64,000 nucleotides of DNA from Iphione sp. A-MEVVRFRX5 (taxonomy: Eukaryota), in contig OZ320314.1 of the NCBI GenBank assembly GCA_976226885.1, forward strand, positions 106,330,001 through 106,394,000. The letters are read 5' to 3'. Numbering within the stretch: the stretch's first letter is position 1; each line of letters begins with the position of its first letter. Below, one piece after another: positions 1 to 13,200 of this stretch. The translations under genes and the position numbers were made by a program. The notes below the pieces were generated by a model. That model made no database searches. It had not been told where the DNA came from and saw nothing but the letters and a program-made list of their open reading frames with translations.

Positions 1-1088
1 ATTGACTAAAATCATGCTTTAGAGCAGGCGGCCTCGATTATTGTAAAAAGAGTATATTTATTTCAGCATTGCATATATAGATAGCAGAGTATAAAATAAG
101 ATATGAGCACCATACTGGTCGCAGATACTTCCTGTCCAGTACCTTATAATTATACAGTTGACTCTCGCATAGCATTGAATGCCGTTAAAATTAAAATAGA
201 ATGTACATTAACACACGTTCCGTTGGGTGAGAGATTCTTCCCCATTGTGGTAAACAGCAATATCAATAAAAGTGCGAATTTACATAAACATACGTTCTCT
301 TATGTATTAGATGAGGTCTGAGGCAAACATTACTTGATATCAAAATACCCCCGCCACGTCTCTCGTATCCCCCAAGTGCATTATATTCAGTATTCGTCAT
401 GTTGATACTCTGTTACATGCGGGCCCACATTATTGTCTTCAACTGTCTTCACTAGATGTGTCAGGGGTTGGTGGGGGTTCATACCTGGGACTCTACAGCC
501 TGACTAGCCTCTCCATACACAGCCCTTGCGAGTCCAGCACTACTATGCACTGTGCCACAGAGGCTGAACAATGGCTAGACCATAATTCTTTCATTCAGTG
601 CGGGGTTCAAGTTAAACAGTTGTTATAGGTACTTCATGTACTGTCCTCGGATGTGATCTGCCATCAAATATGAGGCAAAACCAAGGTGCTTACAAACATG
701 TATAGTGTTCTTGACAAGGATTCATATATCCTATTAAAACTACTCCATCTAACAACTGTGTAAGTTGCCAAGCCAGTCAAGAATGTCGAGTGTGGCGAGG
801 CGAAGTTGAGACGGCGGTCAAATGCTTGTCAAGCTGATTCATAGTGAGCTGCTATGGCAGAAACGGGCAACTAGATGACAAGGATTAAAATAGCTTTACG
901 AGCATAATAAAAACATGAATTGTGTGTGTCTAACAAGAGTCCATAGATTAAGAAACATTGTTTAAATATCTAAGGAAATGAAAAACTGGATGTTGACAGT
1001 CTTCCCCCACTTTAATAAAAAAAAGTAACAGAATTTACTGGGGGAGCACCACTTCATTAGTACCACTTTATTAACAGCTATCTGTATC

Positions 1089-2053
1089 ATGAAAGGTGTC
1101 AACATGGCTTTCTATAATATACGTAGTATTGTTAAGAAGGATGGTGAGGTAAGGGAGTACATGGTGGCAAATGATGTGCATGTGTGTGGGGTGAGTGAGT
1201 CCTGGCTGAATGGGTCTTATAGTGCGAGTGATGTTTCGATTGATGGATACAGCTGTATCAGGAAGGACCAGACTTCCTCACAGGGCACAGGAGGTGGTGG
1301 CCTCGTAGTGTTCTACAAGGAGGGTGTGGAGTTGCTAGAGGAATACACTGTGAATGTTGAGAGGGGCACTTGCGAGGTCTTATGTCTCAGACTCTTTGCA
1401 TATGCTGGAGGCACTAACACGGGCATAAAAGAAACATGCTAACGATGATTGGGTCATTGGGGGGGACTTTAATTACAATTATGGAGCGGGATGTAGGGGA
1501 AGCTGCAGCATCTCTCAACTACTGAGTGGCATGGGTCTTATGCAGCTAATTCAAGGTAGCACAATGGTAGATGGTATCAATTGCAATGATCACATTTGGG
1601 TGAACTTTCCTGGACACCTAGGAGGGATCATAGACACTTGGGGAGCTAGCAATCACCTACCAGTTAGGGTTAGGGTCAAGAAAGGAAAAGTGAGTATAGC
1701 TAGGGAAGAGATCACTACACGTGAGTGGGGGAAGGCAGATGTTAATAGACTTCAAGAAGCTGTAGAGGAAGCAGTGAACCTAGGCAGTGGAACCCATGAG
1801 GAACTGTGGGAAGTTTTTGAAATTAAACTTAGGGAGAAGTTAGAACAGATGTGTCCTGTCAAACATAGAGTGATCAAGAAGCAGAGGAATGGGCTTAGGA
1901 TAAGCAAGTAAGCAAAAGAGCTAATGGCTGATCGGCTGTATTTCTTGAAAGACTGGAGGGAGAAGGGAGACTGTGACAGTTTGCATATATTCAAATTCCT
2001 TAATCAGAGACTACGTAGCATCATCAAGAGGGAGGAAAGAGCTTACTGGCATA
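1089..2053 (+). pseudogene. Decayed, 3'-truncated LINE ORF2 fragment (apurinic endonuclease domain and start of the linker), CR1/L2-like
   Basis: ORF 1089-1442 has APE motifs FYNIRS, VSESWL, GYSCIRKD and GGGGLVVF. A frameshifted WVIGGDFN motif lies near 1450-1475. ORF 1531-1911 has NDHIW and SNHLPV (degenerate SDH). Stops and frameshifts are present and no RT domain follows. Confidence 0.85.
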
Positions 2054-2324
2054 TGTGACTTTCTCGTCCCCCGTTGGGGCTCTTTTTGAAGCGGAAGATG
2101 TCACTTTCCTCAGGGATCATTAGGGTTGGTATTGTGGATTAAAGCACCTCCTACCTCAGGGTATCCTTGAGTCCTGAGTTCTTCTCTTCCTCTGTGGTCC
2201 AGGACTGCTTCCAGTTCTGGTTCTCCAATCTGATGTTTCTTCCTCCCGACAGGGATTAATAAAGTTTCATGTTTTGTGCACCTGTCCTGTGTTGCTTATT
2301 TTGGTTTCGAGAGACTTGACCTCA
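2054..2324 (+). mobile_element. Solo-LTR-like cassette (tentative)
   Basis: Starts TGTGAC exactly where the LINE fragment stops, has AATAAA at 2258-2263 followed by a GT-rich tract, and can end in CA (GACCTCA, 2324). No target-site duplication found. Confidence 0.3.
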
Positions 2325-2338
2325 TCGCCCTCATGGGA

Positions 2339-2900
2339 TGATGTACGGGTGAAATAGAGAAACGAGGAGCCCGAGTGTGGATTTTAGAGGGCTTTATTCA
2401 AAGTACATCAATGGGATGATACTCTCCCCCCCTTCTGACAGCAGAACCGAGATGGCAGATGAGTGGCAGACTGGGCTTCCGCTAAGTGGTGGGTCTAGGG
2501 CTTATGAGGCAGACCAGAGCCTCTGGATTCATGTGCCGGGCTGGGAAGCTGGAATTCCTCAGGCTGAAGAGTCCACCTGACTGGGTATCTGCCTGGAGAG
2601 AACAGGAGGGTAGGCCGTTCCTCCACCAGGGCTCTGGTCTGGTCTCGGCCACGATGGAGACTCAAGGAGGAAAATGAAAGTGCTGAATTCTGAATCTCTG
2701 TGGAATGCCTCTCCAGGGAGGATGTGCATGCTCCTTATATCCCTCCCTGGTCCTAGGTTCTCCTTTCCCATTGGCTGAAAAAGGCCTGCTCCCATTGGGT
2801 GGTTAGGGGAGAGAGCTACTCTGATTGGCTCGCATAAGCAAGTACCTCACGGTGGGTCCCAGGAGATCAAAGGAAGATGCTGATGTTATGTCAGTGATAT
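2339..2900 (-). mobile_element. Second solo-LTR-like cassette, convergent with the first (tentative)
   Basis: Minus strand reads CCAAT boxes (about 2828, 2798, 2774), then TATAA (2739-2735), then AATAAA (2398-2393), then a terminal GTACATCA at 2339. This is the U3-R-U5 order. The 5' boundary is uncertain. Confidence 0.35.
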
Positions 2901-3321
2901 GATTGGTATTTATCATCAGAGTGAATCTTTGCTAGTGTACATGACAGATGTTGAACCTATTGTATAAGATTACTTTCTTCAAAAGTGGGCATGACTGGAG
3001 CGTGATATAATATATGCTCACTGTCTGGGTTGGTAGCCGCCAGACAAGTTATCTTTGCTTGCCAGGGCATGAAGTGCTGTAGTCAATGTAAGGTACTGGA
3101 TAGTTGACTGCATCTACTATGGAGGCGTCTTTTTTAGAGGTGTAGGGATGACGTTTAATAAGGGACATAACAAAGACTGCATTGTTTGATGAGCCTCGGT
3201 ATACTCTGCTACTCGTGTTGATTTTTCTGTATTTATTTATCACCTTGCCAATTGTACCTTACATCCAGTCTGGGTTCTGACAAAGAACTTTGCAACTTTC
3301 CAAAGATTCCGAATGAAGAAT

Positions 3322-3350
3322 ATTCAAATTCAAAATTCAAATTCAAATTT
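3322..3350. repeat. (ATTCAA)n short tandem run, resembling a CR1/L2-type retroposon tail on the minus strand
   Basis: attcaaattcaaaattcaaattcaaattt. Confidence 0.5.
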
Positions 3351-6300
3351 ACTGGATGCTTTACTAAAGGGGCACTGAATGGATGATAAAACTGCCCCTG
3401 AAGAAGTCAACTCATTTTGGAGGAAACGACGAAATAATCAAAGATGACTTTACCATCGTTATGTTCTGGTATAATCCGTTTATACATCTCATAAAGAGAG
3501 AACTGCAAATTATTCCGGCGGTTTTGCTAAAGATACATATATTTCATGCAGAGCAAAGAAAATGTGGATGTAAGGGCCTGCTCCCCACATGATCCATCTT
3601 TACATCTTCAATTAATGCAAGAAAAATGCTTAGCCCATTGTACAGTCTCTGGGGCACAACGTGAATGTACCCGAACAGAAATAACCAACACTGCAACCAA
3701 AACGTGAAAAATACATGAGAATAAAGTCCTCGGGGGAAAGGGGGTGTAGAGAGAGATGAGTCGCAGGAGCTGTTTAAGCTATGTACAATTCACCACATTC
3801 CGAGGTGTAGATTGTCACTCAAGTCAGCCCAATGCATCAGTTGTTTCACCATAATCGCTTATGTATAGTCCAAAAAATATACTTCACCAAAAAGCTCTCA
3901 TTGTAATACTGTGACAAACACAAACAGGCTTCGACATTTCAACAAAATACGGTTGAGTTCAACAGCCATATCCAAGAGTGTGGTCTGCCTCTCTCTCTTA
4001 CCTTGTGATAAAGATGCTACTTGTCTGCCATTCTGAAGTGGGATTCAGCGTCTCCATGGTGATAATTAACACTACACATTATCTACTTGAGGGAGCTTTG
4101 GCACAGTTGACCTTTGAGAAGACACCAGTTTCATCACAACGGACCGACGGAAATGACCACAATGGTTTGGCTATCACCAAGCGACTCATTAGCAAGTGCT
4201 CCAAATGTTGCATGAGCAAGTATATTTAGATTTATTGAACTACCACACTGTAAAGAACATTTTCAGGTTTAATACATTGATGTGTTTTTAATTTAAAGAA
4301 ACGTTAAATCATTAAGATTTTCAATAAGCTAGTGTTAATTGCAGTAGCTGCCTAGGTCTATACTCTTTTAATATCAAGACCACATATCTTTTCCTGTAAA
4401 CACCATGGACATATTCAGAAGGTGTTTGAAGCATGTAGACATGTTACTCAATTTATTTGTTTCAGAACTTATATGTATTACTTGCTAATAACATATTGAT
4501 GTACATTAGATTCCTTACGATAAAGGCTTGAATATAAAACACTCTTTTTTTAACAGTGTACACACGGTCGAGGCACGGTTAAAGACAAGATCACAGGAGA
4601 GACTAAACAGGAACAGGGACCAGGACCCTGAACGAATAAATTATTCTTCACTCTAAAAAGAGTAAGTCTATCGTGCCCAAAGTATGGGACATACCAAAAT
4701 GGGCCATTCCAAACTCGGTGTCCTATGCGGGTTTCAATTATAGCAGTGAGAATTGTTAGAAGGCTATCTACTAGAAACAGGTATAATCACAGAGGCAGAT
4801 GAGACCCTTTAGGGATGGTTTTAGTCGAATTAGACACGGCGAAAGGAAAACCAATCTATCATCCCTGTTGCCCCTTTCCAATTACTTTTTTTTAACAATT
4901 CATAGTTCACTATGTGTCCATTGTTGTATCACTGAAATTAAGTAAACAGTTAAGATTATAATCTTCAATCTGAACCCTAGAAAAACAGTAGTTTCTGGTA
5001 ATGTTAATGTTTTGTCAACCCATGCAAGTGCATGTTTAGCATGAAACTCAGTGGGTGAATTCTGTGGGCGCGTGGATTATGACTACTATCTGTTAGAATC
5101 GTACACTAGCACTTCGAAATGCCGTGATAAACTCTTCGTTACCCTCAGCCAATACCCCGGTCTTTTACTCATTAGATCACGCATCCATATAAAACCCTTC
5201 TATTTCGAAGTATTGACCAGTAAAACTCTCTCCTCAGAGAAATGTACCTTTTGATTTGGGGCACAGTCGATGATTTACATCCGGTTAAGTGCCGTGAAGA
5301 TTTGTGAGTTTTAAAAGCAAACTCGACTGCTGAAATGTAAACACTTTCATTGATCTTAGGCAAGTTGTTTAACAAATACCATTTAATCCTCTTGGGTGAT
5401 TTCTCTGTGTCATCGCTTTGCTGTTAATCAGGCGACTTTAATGCCACCTGATGGCATATAGGGGAGACACCAACGGCAGCCATTGAAAACCTTTTCATTA
5501 AGCCCGGATGTTAGCATTCGTTTTTCCTTGATAGAATCGTCCCTTAGAATGTCATTCTCGTATTAAAAATAACCGATCACGCTTCTGTAAGTCTGATAAA
5601 GTTTGAAATGGGACTGTCACTCTTTCTAGATAACGAACATCACGAGACGCACACACAGAAATAACATATGTCCTAAATACACACGCCTCTACGTAAAAGT
5701 CACAAGATGAGTAGTTGAGAAAGACATCTTCATTTATATAATGCTATATCTTCATATGGGTTCTAAAGTAGACATCTCTCTTAATAACCCTGATGTAAGG
5801 GTGACCTTGTAAACTTAGGGATGGACATTCCAGGCACCCCTCCATTCGCCCCAGTGCAATTATTATAAAGATGAGTTTATTTCCCAGTGCATGACAATAT
5901 GGGTAAGCAGTATTCTATGAGCGCTACAGTAATCTGCCTCTCCGCTTTTGATCAATGAAAATTGCCTGGTCTGAATCTTAACTATGCGATCGGCCGTTTA
6001 ACCAGGGAATAGCGCATAATATTTTAAGTACCCCTCACACAGCCCCCCATCCTCTTACAATGATCCACGGCTCATCAAGCAGCGTGATCCGCTCGTTACA
6101 TTTACATGATAAACTACTTGTCCGCACAAAAACACACATCAAGGAGAAAGAACGCAACAAAGGGTGTTCGCGGGCCACGTAGGGGTGTGATTTATTTAAA
6201 TGCAGCCGGTCCCTTTCTCTTTCACTAGAGAATCGATACGAGCGGTAGTGTGCTAACTATAAAATGTGTGGGTACCTGTAGGCGGGGGGCATATTATCTT

Positions 6301-9300
6301 TAACAGTACGTGATCTATAGAGGATATAGATTCCCTATGCTCCATTCACGCGGCCAGGCATCACACCTGGTCCGACTGAATTAAAGCTTGCAATATTGCT
6401 TCCCATACATCAGTTGGACTGGGGGAAAACATATGGGTTTCGTCGCAGGGACCTGCCGCGAAGACCTCAACAGGGAGGATTTAATCCCTGCCAGAGTGAC
6501 TGTTTCATACATAAGACACGGAGAGCTCAACTTCCAGTGCAAACGGGAAATTTCTTTAACTAACTACAAATCCAAGTCAGTGACCGATTTCTGCCCAGAG
6601 TCATACTTCTCATTGTCATCCTGTAACTAAATATTCGACTTGGAAATAGGAATACCTCTAAATTATCTAGGAACAGAGCTTCTTTTTAACGAAGTTTGCC
6701 AGATTCACATAGTTTGTTGCCTCAGGCCACTTTTTCCCCATGCCATGTTTTCTCAAAATGTGCTGTCAAAGGCGATGGCCATCAAAGACTGATTGATTGA
6801 TAAGCAAACATTGTGTTTGATAACTGCTGAATTGTTAATATGCTTCTCATAACAAAGTTTCTTAGAACGAAGCACTTTCATGGTACACGCCCATTTCGTT
6901 CACATAGCTATGTATGTGATTACAAAGAATTATCTAAATATTTGACCTCTTGGTAATCTATCAGTGTGTCAGGAAAAACCTAAGATATAAAGTTTTGTAT
7001 GAATTAAGGGATCATGATCATATGAATTGCCAGAATAGAGCTTGTTTGAGAGGTCCAAACTATAATCTTTCACATAAACCCATTATTTCCTGCTCCTTTT
7101 TTAAGTTTGGGACACCCTTGATTACAAGTAAAAGTGTCTTATTTCTGGGCTGTGCCGAGTTGTGGATGTTACACTGTAAAAATACAATATGATGTTTAAT
7201 TATCATAATCATTATATACTTTGCTCATTCTGCCATTCGAGTAGGTCAATAAATCGCTCTTGGGAACCCTATAGTACATGTTAACTTAGAAAAACATGAA
7301 ATTAGCCTGTCCCAAGGTGAGAAGTCTTATATGGAAGGATAGGAAGCCAACGAAGACTTACGTTCACACCTCATTATGGCGAGTCTCTTTGCTAGATAAA
7401 TTATCTCAAATACATGTACCATAAATTTCTCACCTGAAATCGCACCTGAAGTACCCAACACTGACAAATTCATTCGAAGAGCACGAAAAGAGCCTACACT
7501 TGTCTTCCTTCTCAGCTTGGGTGTCCCTTTTTACATAGAAAAGAGTGAAAAGGTAGGTTCTAGCTAAAAGAGTCCTGACACCTACCAAATTGTTTCCCAA
7601 TATTGGGGCTCACTCTAGTCACATATGTAAACCGCATTTCCTATTTGCATGCAAATTAACTTCTAGTCAAGCCGTATTTCGAAACAACACGCTGGGATGA
7701 TTGAGTTCCCCGAACTGTGTTCAGCCTCAGAACGACAGATGCAACTGACTTAATCCTAATAACCTACTACAGAATGCGTCAAGTGAGGCATTCCCCTGAT
7801 GATATATCGTTCCCGTAGGTGCTTGTCAGTATGAGCTGCATATGATTCATCGCTACCTAGAAATATATCAGTTAAATTCTGTATACTGTGACATTCAGGT
7901 CTGTTGCTGGCGAACTGTCGTATTTTATTACCCATTACCGACTGACTTCTGAGAAACAGTGTGCTTGGCACCTGAATTAAAAGTCGGAATTAATACAAAG
8001 GTTAGCGAACATAAAGATAACAAGAATTGTCAGAGCTGTTTTTAATTCCAAATTTTCAACGTAAAACAGACTTTTCCCATAGGGCTTTGCTCCTACAGTA
8101 ATCCACCTCTGTATAGTTATTGACATAGGACTGCGTTCATGTTCATGTCAAGTTTTAATCAGAAAGGTGTTTCCTCTATATGCGTAACGGCTTGCTGCTT
8201 GCCAGTCTTTTGGAAACAGCAGTTCTTTAGTTTCATGCAAAGGAAATTTTCAATGTCTACATTACTGCATTCAGAATGCTAAGTGATTTATTCAGTGTAG
8301 GCTAATTTCGGGGGTGCCTACAAGCATTCAAGAGACCATAATGGTAGTACATATTAACCCCCTCGTAGATCAATAAATCTGGAACCGCTTAATAATTCAA
8401 GTCCTCACGGTGAGTGTTAGATGCGTGGGCGTCAAAGAAGTCTTTAACTTTTTTCCTCTATCTCTTATACTACTAAGGGAATTTTTAGGTGTAAATGATT
8501 AGCATGAAAGAACATATTACTATATCATTGAAATTATGTTATTAACAGGTTATTGCGATATTAAGTACGATAATCTATTCCAATGCACAATGTAAAAACA
8601 CGCGAATGCCAATATGGGAGCAGTTGGCCATTTTCCCTATAAAACCAGCCTGGTTTTATCTGAACACTGACTGTCTAATGCAGTGTCTGTGCATGTGTAG
8701 TCCTCTCACGCTGTCAGTGACAGACCATTCACATAAAATCCTCGTGTGGATGCTCAACAGGAGCTAATCGTGTCGTTCTTACGTATGAAAAACGAATCGA
8801 GAATACGAAATGGGGCCTTGGGGACGTCTTTATCTACGTCGCTCCCATAAAGAGACCCCTGGTATGAGGTTCTGTCGACGAAAGCGTGTTTCTTTGAATA
8901 ACTCGGAAGAGGTGTCGGGTTGTATTTCCATTTAAGGCAGATTTAGGGTTTACACACCCATGCAAGTCCGGGCGATGCTAACCAAGAAGGACATGCGATC
9001 TCAACTGATCAATATACCAGCTGTCTTCACACCATTAAAGCTATCAATGGTTCGCCCTCCCCCGTCTGTCTTATCAACGGCTAGCCTGTTCATAGATATT
9101 GCCATCAAAGGTCACGCAGGCTTACCTACCATCACCCTGCCCTTTAAATGCTCCTCAAAGCCTACCCTAAAGCAGTTCCCATTCATCCGCCCTACTACTA
9201 AAGAAATAATACATATATGGTACAAATATCAACCCGTGGCTGCGCCCTTCTTCTAATGGCCATATTTATGTTTATTCTCTCGGGCAGAGCTATAAATCCT

Positions 9301-9399
9301 ACAAATGTGCTTACGTCGGTAATATCGCCGGGTGCTAACTGCCGAAGCGTGCCAAGAGGTAGCCGAAACCCACGCACCTTTCTATGGATTATCAGGCCC

Positions 9400-10200
9400 C
9401 CTCCTCATTAGAGCTTCAGGTCGCTCATCAGGGGCATTCTTCTAATCCCCCACCAAAGCTGCTGTCCGTCCGTCCGTCCGTCTGTCAGTCCCTCGTTCCC
9501 ATTCTCGCCCCTCTCCCCCTCTCCCCCTCCCTCGATCCATCCCTAGTGCACCTGATCAAAAGGCTTGGCGCATCCTTGATTGCATCCGTCAACGAGGCTC
9601 CCACTTCTTCCCTTTCTCTTGGCTCCGACACCTCAAAGGTGAGTACCGAGTAACGCCAGGCTGAGTGACGACCGGCCGTAATGACACCAGATGGCGTGAC
9701 GCATGCACAATGTCGCCTGCATTGCCTACTTGTGAGTAGCCTTGCTCTGCTCGCCGTTTGAAGATTCCCTTTCCATCGCGCCGGGCTGGGTAAATACTCT
9801 CACCCATTGCTGGCAGGGCTTTACGTTATAGTCTCCCGGTGAGGAGACCGCCGACACTGAAGCCCATTGACGGTCCATCTCTGCCGTTCTCTCCGGCTCG
9901 GCTAAATGACGCCAATCAGCGCTCAGGAAGCGCCCGCCAGGGGGATGAGAAGCCTAAACTGGCCGTACAACATTAGACCATCGGTGTATGTCGAGGGGGT
10001 GGGGGGGGGGGGGGGTTAGTAGCTACGAGATTACATCCCCCTTAATCAACAGATGTCAGCCCTACGGAAAAGGACAAATGGCGGCCCCCAGTAGCCATTC
10101 CCCTCCCCCGCAACCGGTTTTGAAGTGTCGCCGCCTAGTGGAGAACAAGGCAATGACGCCTCCCGCAAGTAGCCGAGGTGCAGATTGAATATCTTTTTCG
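9400..10200 (+). promoter_or_regulatory. CpG-rich promoter-like region with a candidate non-coding first exon ending at 9638
   Basis: Local CpG enrichment, a pyrimidine-rich leader, a consensus donor AAG|GTGAGT at 9636-9644 and a CCAAT box at 9912-9916. Confidence 0.35.
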
Positions 10201-13200
10201 CCCATGACGCGTCCTCACCTGCAAAGCATACACTCCACACAATTTACATCTGTTTCCTTTCATTATGTTGGGATGTATTTCTCTTGGTTATTTAGGTAGT
10301 CTCCTTTACATTTGCCTCCCGTGATAGTCGTATCATTTTCTAGTTCGCTATTTTAACTTGTAATATTGGCCTATGTTTCCGTCCTGTGTTCCATTTCAGT
10401 TGGAGTGCCATTCAGAGACCATTGTTGAGTGAAGTATACTGCAGTATGACGGAAGGCTTTCCGTGCCTCACTTAATGATGTATGTCAGCCCTGTTTTAGT
10501 CAATAATAATACTATGAAATCTTAATGTTCATAAAGGATTTCCATTGAGGTGCACCCACAGGTGTGAAGATATCATTTACCTATGCAAATCTGCTTTTGC
10601 TGGGCGATGAATAAAGAGTTACTGGTTTTGCCTCTCATTTTTACCCTCTGAGGAGGGAGCGTAATTTAAGTCATGACATTTTGCTCACGTTGACAGGCAA
10701 TTTTTGCATCTACCAAATGCATGTGGATGCTCTTTCGTAATGAATAAGTGATTTCCGACTTTCTGTTTGACTTGATGTTAAAGACTTTTAAAGGTTTGAT
10801 AATGACCATTCCAACATAGAGAAATATGCAAGCTGCTTCCCTCATGAGCTGTCTCGAGACCTGCTCCGAGACAGAACAATAACCAAAATGGCACCACACA
10901 GCTAATGTCAAAAGCTAATCACTCAGCTTTAAGTGGCCTCAAAGTTCCGCCAAAGGCTCGATAGTGCTTGCAATGAATTGATTAGCTTCCTTCAAATCAC
11001 TTGTTTTATTTTACTGTCAGATGTCTCCTGATATTATTAGAAGGTCATAAGCAGTTAGTGTGATTTTTTTTGGTTTTGAGATCAAAGACGCCGTTGAACT
11101 TTGGACGACTAGCTAGAACCTAATGCATGTCGGGGGACATCTAGAGGGAAGGAAAAAAACCGAAACTCCATAGGAGAGTCGGTGAGAAGATGATGTGTCA
11201 GCACTCGTATACCCTCCCTGCTATGTTCAATATTCATAATGGATATGACTATTAATATTTGATGATGCTTCTGGAGAGCACGAATATACGCCACACACGA
11301 ATATACTCCTAGAAATCATAACAATCCATGTCCTTCAAGTCGTCTAATGTTGCCGTCTACAAGTAGTGTATGAAGGTCTACATATTAATATCATACAGTA
11401 TATTTATATATGTACGGGGTATATGGATTCCACACTGATCCTGCTAGATAATTTGTGGGAACCCCGCATTTAAATGTAAAATAAGCTGAAGTTGTAAGCC
11501 GCATTCCTCCGGGAGTACCGGCACCCGTGTCATAGCTAATAAACACCCAAATATACGTCAGAGGAGAGCAGGATCTTCGTCTGCATGATGTCAATACGAA
11601 GGGGACACTGGAACACCGTAAAAGTAACTCGAGCCCACAGAATTTAATACACAGGGCCATCTCCTAGGAAATGTAAAAGTTTCAGCTGCATATTATGAAT
11701 AATGCACGTACAATAGGGAAGTGTGAAGGAAAGCGGACTTACCGGTTAAAGGGCGTATCCGCAGTTAACGCTCATTGGTTTTCATTGCGGGAGGAGGCAA
11801 GCTGCAATCAATAGTGCAATCACAAGATTCTGAACTTGCATGTACTACAGATCACACGTTATGGCAACGGGGGATTGATGTAACTCCTTGGCTAGCTCTA
11901 GACCCCTTTTGAATAATTAAAAGCCCCCAGGAAGAATTGTGCGACCTTTTTAACCGGTGATTACATGGGTCGATCCAATTAAGGCGTTAAGAAATCTTCG
12001 TGAGCGTTAAAGATGCACGACGTGCAGTTAATCTCGTGAAAAGCACTTTCAGGTGTCGAATATACTTTAGGTTGATTTGCAATATTGCAAACGCCATCCC
12101 GAACATGACATTGAATAAGGTTAACAGTTGCATCTTTGGTGTAAACATGGTCTTTTAAGGCTGTGATGTACCTTTGAGTGACATGTTTTGCTACTGATTT
12201 ATTGGTTTAGGACGGCCGACGTAGTTGGTGCTGAAAAGCAACGCACACATTTCTTCAAGAACAAACCATCAAGGCTGCGTATGTCTTTAATTGTTGTTAC
12301 TGTATAAAAGGCAGAGAGCATCCTGCATATATATTTACGACACCCTCCTCTTCACACACAAACACACACGCACACACCCATACTAGCACACAGACAAGCG
12401 GCTGACATCGAAAAGATATAATGCTGGGAAGCACCCTAGACTGCAAGTAGGGAGGAAAATCTATAGCCGCTGTGAGAGCAGAATGTTGACAGTGAAGATG
12501 AGAAGAATTGGCATTGGCACGACCGCCGCCCCCCCAACCTATACGGACGCAGCACTTACCTTTATAGTAGCATGCATGTAACGGTTCGCGTTCATTCGGA
12601 CCCGTTGACATAAGCCTACTTGGCACTCATGAACGTGTCCGGCGAGCCGCGCATCAAAATTCCCTCAAGTTTGCCTTTGCCCCGAGGATCGATCTTAAAC
12701 GACCATGAGGAAGCCAAGACCAACAGCAGTCACTTCTGAAAGAGAATATATAAACGTAGACTTTACATGTGACTGCACCAGAGGAAGAATGTGCTAGCTT
12801 CTGAAGTAAACTGTAAGTGTACAGTGGGCTCTTCCTTAAACAACAATTTTAAGTTCCATGTCATTTCGTTGGTATATTGGCCTTGTCGGCTATAGGCGAA
12901 GAATATAGTAAAAGTTAAACATACATGCTGACTGACGGCCCACTGTATATGCCACCTTGAAATGACGCTTCTAGTGTCATTTTTACTTTATTAAGAGTAG
13001 ATTTTAATAGCAATACTTCACATTATTCGAGCTCCGATAATTGTTTCTTAGGCTCTACGAACAGAAACAAAAAAAACGTCACAAGTTCAACTTGCGGAGT
13101 CAAAGTGTGTCTCGCCAGGTTTTATTTCTATGAGAATAGCGTGTCATTACGTTCCAGTCCGTGCGCATCTATTAGCCTCTGAAGTATCTCGTTATGGCAC

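Noticed and set aside
481-900. Decayed esterase ORF upstream of the first LINE fragment, paralleling the three-ORF element
   Set aside because: No DSRG, GxxN or DGxH motif could be recovered in any plus frame.
11450-11500. Kinase activation-loop-like FVGTP
   Set aside because: Followed by an in-frame stop and no other kinase motifs.
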